Below, piece after piece: positions 10,001-18,323 of a stretch of DNA of 18,323 nt. Position numbers and translations under genes: made by a program. Within the stretch, counting starts at the first letter, position 1. The number at the start of each line of letters is the position of its first letter. The notes beneath the pieces were generated by a model. That model did not search any database. It was not told where the DNA came from and was given only the letters and a program-made list of their open reading frames with translations. Origin of the DNA: Paraspadella gotoi (lineage: Eukaryota; Animalia; Chaetognatha); assembly GCA_051294375.1 (NCBI GenBank), contig CM119264.1:4035976-4054298 (forward strand), read 5' to 3'.

Positions 10001-11644
10001 TGTAAAAGTAATAGAGTGTTACGAGAGAGAGTGATGAAGAGCGAGCACGAAGCGGGTCAGAAGACAGTTGGAGACAGTTGAGGCTCCCAAAGACGAGAAT
10101 CTCCCTGGTGTGAGAGTATCAAGTGAGCTATGGCGACCAACGATACCTAGGACGCAACAATATCGAGAAATCATTACCAAAAATATACGCATTGACCCAC
10201 TCTTGTCAAATTGTAGGCGGATCATTTTTCATAAGAACAACGACCAAAGACAGATGATAACAGATTATAATTTTTTTTATTACAGATAGCGCTGAGATGT
10301 TGCTCGAATGACAACAGTATAGGTATGCTGCATTGATGTGTCATGAGTCACGTTTGCGTGCGTGGGGGCGGGCGCACGTGGCACCGCAGTCGGACATTTC
10401 ATATAAAGGGTCTCTAGTGCATATGCGCATTTTTAGCATATGTACGCAGTGAATATAATATGAGAAAGAGTTGAGTTGTTATGATTGGCCATTGCTCAGA
10501 GAATACAAAATGATAAGCATATGTACAACACCGGAGCTCTCCCCACTCGCTCCATGTTTCCATTCGGATAAAATTTATCCCTAACGATTCACGTGAAGAC
10601 TACACCTTAGAGGCATGATAAGTGATGATTATGTCAAACTATGTGGTCTCTCTGGTAGAGTATGATCGTGGTTCTTAATCATATATTAGCTCGCCTATAC
10701 TTGAACGACCGAGTCGACGACTCAGTGTTACGCGTTACGTTTATAACTCAGACCTCCGCCGGATCGCCGACAAGCATCGCGGCTTATACAAAGTGGATCA
10801 TGGATATGAGACGACGGCTCTTCATGATGACAAAATACTCTCGTGCCGGCACTAGTGGACTGTAGGAAGCGCGTAGACGTCATCCGACACGCACGTAAAG
10901 GCGCCAGACGTTATCTCGCAATACGGAACTCGAACGATCGGAGTGTAACGAGACGACGCGTTCCTCTTTCCCCAATCGATATCGATATTTCAAGGGAATG
11001 AGAAATGCAAACTCAACCCTAGGTAGTCTCTATTAATGTTTTTTTTCCTAATCGTCTCTGTTGTTTCTCTGGTACTTGCTGGTGTGTCCATTAGACCTAA
11101 TCTCTCGAAAAAACACAGCGAGCTCAGGATAGTTTCGGCGTATAGATTACAGACTTTCACATCAGAAATAAATTATCTCAATTTTTCTGCTTTTCTGTGC
11201 TCTCCCCGACTCGTTTGGAAGTGCAACTCTTCTCTATTATCTCGGTTACGCAGCTTGTGTTAATCTCAGTTGCCGTCGTCGGTCGTTGGCGATCGTCAGC
11301 GGATCGTCGTCGATGGCTAGGTGGCAGAAGATCTTTGCTATTCTCGTGCGTGCTTCGACTCTACTCGATGCTTTTGTCTTGTTCTATTATTTTTTTTGCT
11401 TTTCATTTCATTCTTTTATCTAAATCGATTTTTCTATCCTCTCTTGCTTGCTTTTTTTTTTACCTTGTCACTCGTTACGAATCTGTCTATCTGGTCATTT
11501 TCTATTTTCAGTCCTCACTTCTTTTCTTTATCTTTCTTTTAATCTTTAGTATTCATCATGCTTTCACCTTCATCATCATCGAGTCATTTTACCTTTATCA
11601 TTTTCTTCTACTCCCTCCATCATCATCCATCTCATCATCGTCGT

Positions 11645-11678
<34 letters not shown>

Positions 11679-14600
11679 TCGTTCATCGTCGTCGTCGTCG
11701 TCATTCGTCGTCGTCGTCAGTTTCTCTTTTCTACTCGTCACCATAAATTAGTTCCTCGTCTCACATTCCAGCTTCTTCCCTGATTCCATTTATGGCTCGA
11801 GTCTCGACATCCTCAGAACCCGTCCATTCAAATCAATCAATCAATCAATCTTTCAATCAACAATCATATAAATCAATCAATTTTACAATCAATCAATCAA
11901 TCAATTCAAATCACATTCAGTGATTATATATTCAACGCAGACCCGAATCAATTACAAGATCAATATAAACGCATAACAATCAATTAATCAATATAGACAT
12001 CACAGTAAATACAACATATAAAATCGTGTTGGAACGAATCCGAACTAATATATCTCTCCTCTACTCTGCATCTCTCCATTATCTACTATCTTAATCTCCA
12101 CAACTCTCATCTCATCCCACTCTCCTACCAATACTCACAATTCATATGATTTCTCACATTATAAATCGTGTTGACGGGACTCGGTAATAGAGATGTGTGG
12201 ATATAGCCTAAAACTCACATTTCTCTCAGTTTTTTATCCTCTCCTCACTGTCTCCATACGTCAACGTACTACATTTACTCCATCGTTCTAAGTAATTTTC
12301 TTATTATTGTCAGTGCGTACTATGATCTATCATCTCAGAATTCCTCATGGTTTTTAGGTATTATCTAATTCTATGATGTACTCAGGTGCATCGCTTTTTC
12401 CTCGTTTTCGATCGTCGTCAAGATTCTTCTGTCACCTTATTAGCTCCTATATTAAACGAGAAAAGCGTTCGTCGCCGCTTCTATTCTCCTCATGTTCAAC
12501 GCTGGTACCCTGACTATATCACCAAGGTATATATGACGGCCGTTGCCAATTTTACGCTCCATACGTGTGATCGATAACCCATCTCCAAGCATGCGGGTGG
12601 AAAGCTCCGACCGTTCGTTTTCTTTTCAGTCCCTTAAATCGTATGTCTCGAGGTGCGTCGTACTCAGCGTCTGTCGTCTCGTCGTCTCCTCCTGACGAAT
12701 GAATAAGAGAATGGACGACGGATAAAAGCGTTAGCGGCGACAGTACGGGGCCCCTCTTGTGCGTGTGATTTGTGTGTGGAGTGTGTGTGAAAAGAAGAAA
12801 GAGAGAGAGAAAGAGAGAGAGGAGAGAATGATTAAGCGATTTATTTTATCCCTCCTATTTTTAGATTTATGAATCTCGCTCATTACGTATTTTGGTATCT
12901 GTTCCACCCCCTGTCGACCGTTAATTAAACAAAGGGAATTTATTGTTTCCTTCAGTTTCTGTTCTTCTTTTTTAATTCTTTCTTTTGTTTCTTTTTCCAT
13001 TGTTTTTTTTTTTGTCTATTTTTCTCTTTTATTTCTCTGCATTATTAGTGGAGATTTGTTTCCTGTCATTATCCTTTTTCCTTAGTCCTATATTTTTCCT
13101 TCTTTAGTACTGGCACGACTCTCGGTCTTCCTCTTCCATAATTTTTTTTGCAGTGGAAATATTGGTTGTACCAATTTCATAAAGTTAAAATGATAACTTA
13201 TTTGTGCTTATTTTGGAAAAAGGAAGAAAAGAAAAAGGTAACTAGCTTTGTATTGCTCTTCTTTGGTGCCTTTTTTTTTGCTCTTTTTTTTGCTCCTTTT
13301 TTGCGATCGTTTTCGTCTCACGTTCTCGGGGGGAGCAGGCGCGGGACCTGGCTGGAGTAGTGGTGGCGATGTGCCGAGGAGAGATAATCAGACATGGAGG
13401 GGAAAAGGGTGGTGAAAAGGGAGTGAAGATTATGATGAGTGGGTGCGGTGAGGAAATTGTAGGAGCGTTGGTGAGGGTGAAATGAGAGAGGAGAGAGGAG
13501 AGAGACGAGAGAGAGAGAGAGAGCCTGAGAGAGAGAGAGAGAGTGAGAGGAGAGAAGACAACATTGAGTATGAATAAAAAATTTAATGGCTTTTCCACGG
13601 TGGTCAAACGCGAGATTTCGTCGGCGTGGACGCTTTTGGGACGAGCGATGGACCTTTGAAACGGACGACGACGATACTGGAACGTTGACAAGAAAATGGA
13701 GGCGAGATCTCAACGTAACACGATTCTCTCTTCGGGATGGGAATTCTTCTAATTTTTTTTTCTAAATCATTTCTTTTATTCTCCCGCGTCTTTCTCTCGC
13801 ATTCCTTAGATTGAGTTAAGATTACGGAGAAGAAAAGCTCATAATCTGCATGAAAACTCGAACTCGTGATAGATAAGAAACACAAGAGTGAGTAGAAACG
13901 ACAAAAATAGGCGTGTGATTGTCAGTGAGAGAGAGTGGCAGATTGACGATCAACGATTTGCTCTTTGAGAGTCCGTATATTCATGTAAGAGAGTACGCAG
14001 TGAGATAGAGTATTTACGCGCACGAAGTAGAGATGTGTCTACGCATTGACAACGCGGTTGAGATCTTTTAAGTTGATGAGAGATAAACTTTATGCGCTTG
14101 TTTTGTATGTGGATACAACCTATGTAAAAACCTTCACTTGAATTGACGTGAAGACCCAAAAGAATCAGAATAACCATTGGAAAATTTAGCTTTTAGTTTA
14201 CATCTAGTATGAAAGAGTCTACAATATAGCAGTTCAGCATCCCGAGTTTCACGAATGCGTATTTAGTCTCTATTCATATTCTAGTACTCAAGGTTTTACC
14301 TTCCTTCGAATGCGAGTTACGGAACTCAGAATATCTAACCTTGTGAGTTTATCGGAGGTCACGACATCGGCTCAGATTGAGAGCGAGAAGTTACGGCTGG
14401 TCGTTCGAATAGGGATCTAGTTTACCATCGTCTCAGATACCTGTCATGCTACATCTGGGTGCGCAGGATATATATATCTAATATATATAAATAGATAATA
14501 TATAAAAAAATCAGTATCATGACTCTCTGTGATGACAGTCTGTGCGCAAGTGTTATAGATGCGATATACTCTTAAAATCATTATCTCCCTCCATGCTATA

Positions 14601-17349
14601 GATGTTAGAGAGTTACACTATTTTTTCTTGCTCATATAGCTACACTTAAGTAAAGATGGAAGAGAAAAATATCGATTCCAAAATCACTTGTGACATATTA
14701 CTAATATATACATGTATAATAATCTCTATATAGTTGTGAACTAGATCTCTCAGTTAGATATAGATCGCTCAATACTCAATGGTCCGAATAGGCCGATTGT
14801 GTTCTCAATATTAAGATAATTTGTTCGGTTGCCAAAATTGTCGCATAGGCTTTTATATGACAAAGCACAAATATTCTAGTATCAACGAGTATTCAATAAT
14901 TCACAATTAAAAAGGCAGAATAATACTTTATTAAGTTATTTTAGCGGCTCAACTCTGCTCGATAGTTTTGGCAATATTTTTTCATTAAAACAGCGTATAC
15001 ACAATTGCTATTTGGGAGTTCGCACCGAGTTGATTTTTTCTTCTACAGAAATTATAGTTTTTAGGTACATCTTAAACCTCTGTCATTCTTCCGCAGTTAA
15101 CCAAAAATTGTAATGTAAAAATTAAATGGTGTTAAAATTTTGCTCAATGCGGTCTCAACTTCGCATAGACTGCGCGAGCCAGTGGTCTCATTTCGGTCTC
15201 TCGTAGCGCGGCCTCGGCGGTCAGGTCCAGTCAATCCTCTATGCCGCCAATTTGTTCGCGACGCGCGCTGAATCGGAATATTTGTGAATAGCCACGGTTT
15301 ATCTCCTTTGAGCCTCCTGTTCTGCCGCATCGCAACCTACCAGTACCGTCTCATATTACTTAAGTTTCTTCAAAAAAAAGCAACAGATGAAAATCTCCCT
15401 CGCAGATACCGACTGGAACATCTCAAGTTTTGGGCTTTCTCCTCTCGGTCACTTCAAGACTACAGTTTTCGCGAACTTTTTATTTTCACGTCGGAATTCT
15501 GCTGACGGAGTGACGGACCGTGACGATGTCAATAGGTTGACCGGTTATGGGCGATCGCCTCGGTCGTCCGATCAAGCTATCCGACCCTCTCTCATTGTAT
15601 CGTCTTCACGTGCCATCATTGGACATGGCGGAATTCGATGAATACTCCTCATGAATAAGTTAAAAAATATTTCTGGTTAATTTTTATTTTCAAGATAGTT
15701 TTTAAGAAAAATTGTTCTCAATTTTAAAAAAAAATTTATCTTTTAAAGTAGAATCAACTTCGCCTCTCTCTATAGTGGGATACTACTTTTCTTCTCCTTT
15801 CTTCTATCTGCTCCTCGACAACCATCAATAATGTCTTTTACATTATGATCGCGAGCCCTATTACATTAAAAAAAAATACTTATCTCTTAACGACTAAACT
15901 TATCATTTGGTTTGCAAAATGTATGATTGGATCACAAGTCTCAGTTATGATAAAAAGAAATATCACAAATATCTACCCAACACATCACTCTTCATTGCTT
16001 CTTCTTCTACTCTAAAACCGCGAGGACAATAGCATGGACCATTATCAGTAAAACCGGAACGACGATGAGACGGACGTGAAGGATATCGCGAGAGGAGTCG
16101 GCGACATCGATGTAGAAATAGCTGGCTTCCGTGTCGCACAATTTTGCCTTTCCTTTTCCTTGGAGATTTCTCTCTTCCTCGGTTGCGGAAAAAGTCGCTG
16201 AATACTTCCGTCAATCCGATTTTGAAAATGAATGCAGGATTGGCGATTTTTTGATCGAAGATATTTTCCTTCAATTTCAAATTCTGTATCAAAAAGGGTG
16301 AGAGAGCCGCTAAAGTGACGTGCCAGCATGAATGACGGCGCAATCTTGAATAAGCAAAATAACTACCGGATTGAATTCATTTTTAAAGGTTAATTCTTAT
16401 ATTTTTAAATTGTTTATATCGAGAAAAAAAATTGTCGTTAGAATAAAGTGCTAACGTTTCTTAGTCAATTAGTCGGATTAATACTGCAATAATTTTATGT
16501 GTTTTGAACAGGGATTGAAAGGATGGTTTATTTCTATGCCCTTCCGAGATTCCGCGCATTTCATTCTCTCGCCGTCTTGTTGCGCTCTCGTCATACGTGA
16601 TGCTATATATATATTTGTAATGATCGTAATATCGAATAGATGACATATTAAATCGTGAATAAATTAACATATTTTATGAAGAGAATAAAAAATGGGAAAT
16701 GACATTGGCTTATTATATATAATATTTGTATTCTCTGTAAAAACTCGGATCCATACCGCGATCTTTTCCAGAGAAACGATTGATTTGAATAACAAGTGAC
16801 ATTTTTCGGCCGAAAGAAAGCTATGAGGAAAGCAACAGAACGGTAAACACTCTAGATTGAAATAAAAAACTAAAATTGATAAACCAGGGAAAAAAATGAT
16901 CGGAAACGACGTCACAAAATCGTGTATCAGCTTATGAACTCTCTACTGGTTCTCGTGATGTTAGACACTAATAGTCATAAGACAGCTATGACCTTAGTCT
17001 ATAGTAACCGTTAAACATTGGGTAATATTAGCTCCCAATTTTTATAATAATTTCTTTGATAATTTATTAATCACTCTTTTCTTTCTTCGTTTAAATCCTC
17101 CTCCTATTAATAATTACTAATAAAAATGTCATTCACCGTAGTAATCGTCGTCATTCGTTGCTCTTTTTTTTCTCGATTCTGCGAATTTTTCTTCTCCTGT
17201 TGCGACGACGTCTCCCTCTCGGGTCGAAGATCCCGACAAATCTGTTATTAGGGGAGTAATGTTTATTTTTCTCACTCGTTCTCTGTCTGTTTCTCTCTGT
17301 TCGTCTCTGTATCTGAATCTGTATCAATCTGTATCTCTCTCTCTCTCTG

Positions 17350-17409
<60 letters not shown>

Positions 17410-18140
17410 TTCACCTTGGGTGTTCTGAAGGATAATTTGATCGACCGTCTTCCCGATTCTGTCGTCGTCGTTGTTGTTGTTGTCTTCGTCAAACAATTGG
17501 TTTATTTGAGCGGAAGTCAAATGCCCCGCTGGGATTTTAGACTCTGAAGAAATACGAATTGGTACTGAAATGTGCCAAATGGTTAAAATTACTTAATTCC
17601 AATTATGTAAACCAAAAATTGATTAAAATTAAATTTCAAACTTCATAAGGGGGTTTGAAGGAATGATTTAGAATGTCAAAATAGTTTAAGATTTTTTTTT
17701 TAAAATTTTAAACAAGATTGTGGCTTTTTCTTTTTCTCTCAACAGACCTTCGGGCACGGGCGGGGTCATGACCCGTGCGGGTCGATAGTCTCTTGGCGGC
17801 GGAGCGGGCGCGCCCACTTCGGCCGGGTCGGCGATGGCGTCATCAGNNNNNNNNNNNNNNNNNNNNNNNNNNNNNNNNNNNNNNNNNNNNNNNNNNNNNN
17901 NNNNNNNNNNNNNNNNNNNNNNNNNNNNNNNNNNNNNNNNNNNNNNNNNNNNNNNNNNNNNNNNNNNNNNNNNNNNNNNNNNNNNNNNNNNNNNNNNNNN
18001 NNNNNNNNNNNNNNCTGGAGTAAGATAAGTACTTTTAATATATTTATATCTTTTAAATATATAGTTAATACGGAAGAATAGTCACTTACGTGAACGCAGC
18101 ACAAAGCTGTGACAAAGACAATTCCGAAAAATATCTTCAT
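1548..18140 (-). CDS. Whole gene model (11 coding exons): secreted astacin-family (M12A) zinc metalloprotease with long pro-region, Thr-rich linker and two C-terminal ShKT domains, ~560 aa
   Basis: Manual splicing with GT-AG introns and matching phases: 18140-18090, 18014-17748, 17543-17415, 17241-17137, ~5916-5684, 3662-3411, 3148-3047, 2954-2848, 2538-2294, 1978-1927, 1840-1548. Contains HExxHxxGxxHExxRxDRD, SIMHY, TCIRF, GCSSYVG and MYNC. The span is probably inflated by assembly duplication. Confidence 0.9.
1927..1978 (-). CDS. Astacin exon 10: end of catalytic domain
   Basis: [17 protein letters not shown], matching the astacin LSxxD...YxC ending; CAG acceptor 1981-1979, GTAAGG donor at 1926. 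Confidence 0.93.
2294..2538 (-). CDS. Astacin exon 9: third zinc His, ExxRxDRD and Met-turn
   Basis: (G)[81 protein letters not shown]; AAG acceptor, GTAAGG donor at 2293. Confidence 0.96.
2581..2671. repeat. (CTTT)n microsatellite, intron 8
   Basis: About 22 perfect copies. Confidence 0.97.
2848..2954 (-). CDS. Astacin exon 8: HExxH zinc motif
   Basis: (G)[35 protein letters not shown](G); CAG acceptor 2957-2955, GTGAGT donor at 2847. Confidence 0.96.
3047..3148 (-). CDS. Astacin exon 7
   Basis: (R)[33 protein letters not shown](G), containing the WxxxTCIRF astacin motif; TAG acceptor 3151-3149, GTAAGT donor at 3046. Confidence 0.95.
3316..3394. repeat. 16-bp tandem repeat x5, AAATCCGCGAATTC(CC/AT), intron 6
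   Basis: Units start at 3316, 3332, 3348, 3364 and 3380, with alternating endings. Confidence 0.9.
3411..3662 (-). CDS. Astacin exon 6: end of propeptide, furin site and mature N-terminus (interrupted by the 25-N placeholder at 3600-3624)
   Basis: Removing the Ns gives FGR(R)AKARMPD(D/N)[63 protein letters not shown](R). The duplicate at 4862-4916 shows that the gap flanks join with no missing bases. GTGAGA donor at 3410. Confidence 0.9.
3625..4828. other. Error-rich duplicate of 4882-5976 (exon 6 start, intron 5, exon 5 copy at 4765-4521); probable gap-fill artefact
   Basis: Collinear with 4882-5976, differing mainly by scattered single-base indels; begins immediately after a 25-N placeholder. 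Confidence 0.8.
3805..4520. repeat. Noisy second copy of the 21-bp minisatellite
   Basis: Same units in the same order as 5053-5683. Confidence 0.8.
5053..5683. repeat. ~21-bp minisatellite (CCCTCTAATCCCACAGTACCA-like) with ~62-63-bp higher-order trimer, intron 5
   Basis: Recurring CTCTAAT/CTCTGA...CACAGTA(C/T); about 5 trimeric units at 5141-5470. Confidence 0.85.
5684..5916 (-). CDS. Astacin exon 5 (pro-region); present only as error-containing copies
   Basis: AAG acceptor 5919-5917, GTACTG donor at 5683. Phase-1 reading gives (A)[35 protein letters not shown]...SIDAVISSA...; internal and 3' residues are uncertain because the two copies differ by indels. Confidence 0.7.
6057..6820. repeat. 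~38-bp minisatellite, about 20 copies, consensus TAATTAATAATTACTAATAAAAATGTCATTCACCGTAG (intron 4)
   Basis: Head-to-tail units with no unique spacers; a single clean unit also occurs at ~17106-17143, overlapping the exon 4 end. Confidence 0.92.
6790..8185 (-). other. Error-rich duplicate of astacin exons 1-4 and flanks (matches ~17105-18245); probable gap-fill artefact, otherwise a partial pseudogene
   Basis: Exon 4 copy ~6922-6812, (TC)n 7016-7080, exon 3 copy ending ~7092, exon 2 copy ~7744-7580, exon 1 copy ~7930-7846. Differences are insertion-dominated in exons and introns alike. Confidence 0.8.
7016..7080. repeat. (TC)n microsatellite (duplicate of the intron 3 tract)
   Basis: Directly visible. 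Confidence 0.9.
11637..11718. repeat. (TCG)n microsatellite
   Basis: Directly visible, imperfect. Confidence 0.88.
11829..11905. repeat. (CAAT)n microsatellite
   Basis: Directly visible, imperfect. Confidence 0.85.
13483..13557. repeat. Imperfect (GA)n microsatellite
   Basis: Directly visible. Confidence 0.85.
15144..16802 (-). other. Possible multi-exon protein-coding gene of unknown identity, frameshifted by sequence errors
   Basis: GC-richer blocks separated by AT-rich spacers. ATG at 16802 gives [15 protein letters not shown] followed by G|GTATGG; the terminal block ends [26 protein letters not shown] at 15144. No family recognised. Confidence 0.3.
17137..17241 (-). CDS. Astacin exon 4 (pro-region; EGDVV motif and first RKKR site)
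   Basis: 105 nt, phase 1-1: (D)[34 protein letters not shown]; CAG acceptor 17244-17242, GTGAAT donor at 17136. Confidence 0.82.
17334..17406. repeat. (TC)n/(TCTCTG)n microsatellite, intron 3
   Basis: Directly visible. Confidence 0.9.
17415..17543 (-). CDS. Astacin exon 3 (pro-region)
   Basis: 129 nt, phase 1-1: (E)[42 protein letters not shown]; CAG acceptor 17546-17544, GTGAAT donor at 17414. Confidence 0.82.
17748..18014 (-). CDS. Astacin exon 2 (5' part lies in N gap 17847-18014)
   Basis: CTCCAG acceptor ending at 18015, right at the gap edge. The visible part reads [32 protein letters not shown]; AG|GTCTGT donor at 17747, phase 1, matching exon 3. Confidence 0.72.
18090..18140 (-). 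CDS. Astacin exon 1: signal peptide
   Basis: [17 protein letters not shown] (basic N-terminus plus hydrophobic core), followed by a consensus GTAAGT donor at 18089 and a 75-nt intron. Confidence 0.85.
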
Positions 18141-18323
18141 CCTTTCCTTTTTTTTCCTTAGATGAATAGAATATTTGAATTGTTATAATTGGGTTTTTTA
18201 TTTTCTTTCGTTCAGTTTGAAAAACAGGCAAAAAAAATATTAAATTATGGTGGACTAAAATCCACCAACCTTCAAAATATTTGTATTTGTTTACAAGTGA
18301 CGATTATTTTTGAAACCATGAAC

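Noticed and set aside
11197-11751. Long hydrophobic and Arg/Ser-rich ORFs (also 2318-2677, 1033-1218, 6954-7175, 13242-13713)
   Set aside because: Translations of T-rich tracts and microsatellites that lack stop codons; 6954-7175 additionally overlaps the noisy exon 3 copy.
8200-15100. Transposon or RNA gene in the long unannotated stretch
   Set aside because: No terminal repeats, transposase/RT motifs, or tRNA/rRNA signatures were recognisable; sequence quality limits sensitivity.
15180-15250. Nudix-box-like text (GGIED...AEAALRETE) on the minus strand
   Set aside because: There is an in-frame stop, the GX5EX7REUXEEXGU spacing is not met, and EExGU is absent without invoking extra indels.

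Overview
Intron-rich, microsatellite-rich eukaryotic DNA, probably from an invertebrate animal; this is not a prokaryotic window. The main feature is an 11-exon minus-strand gene (ATG 18140, TAG 1548, about 560 aa) for a secreted astacin (M12A) zinc metalloprotease. Its layout is: signal peptide, long pro-region, catalytic domain ([19 protein letters not shown], Met-turn SIMHY, four conserved Cys), Thr-rich linker and two ShKT domains. The most unusual biological signal is that the pro-region looks like two tandem propeptide modules, each with an Asp-switch-like motif and an RKKR/A furin site. Two intronic minisatellites are built from units that contain the adjacent exon's splice donor. A dense cluster of nuclear-receptor half-sites, including a perfect IR1, lies at 348-527. 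Much of 3625-17100 looks like error-rich long-read gap fill next to 25-N placeholders, producing apparent duplicates of exons 1-5 and the start of exon 6. Those duplicates, the 11 kb 'intron 4' and anything in 8200-17100 are therefore low-reliability. No CRISPR array, RNA gene or recognisable mobile element was found.
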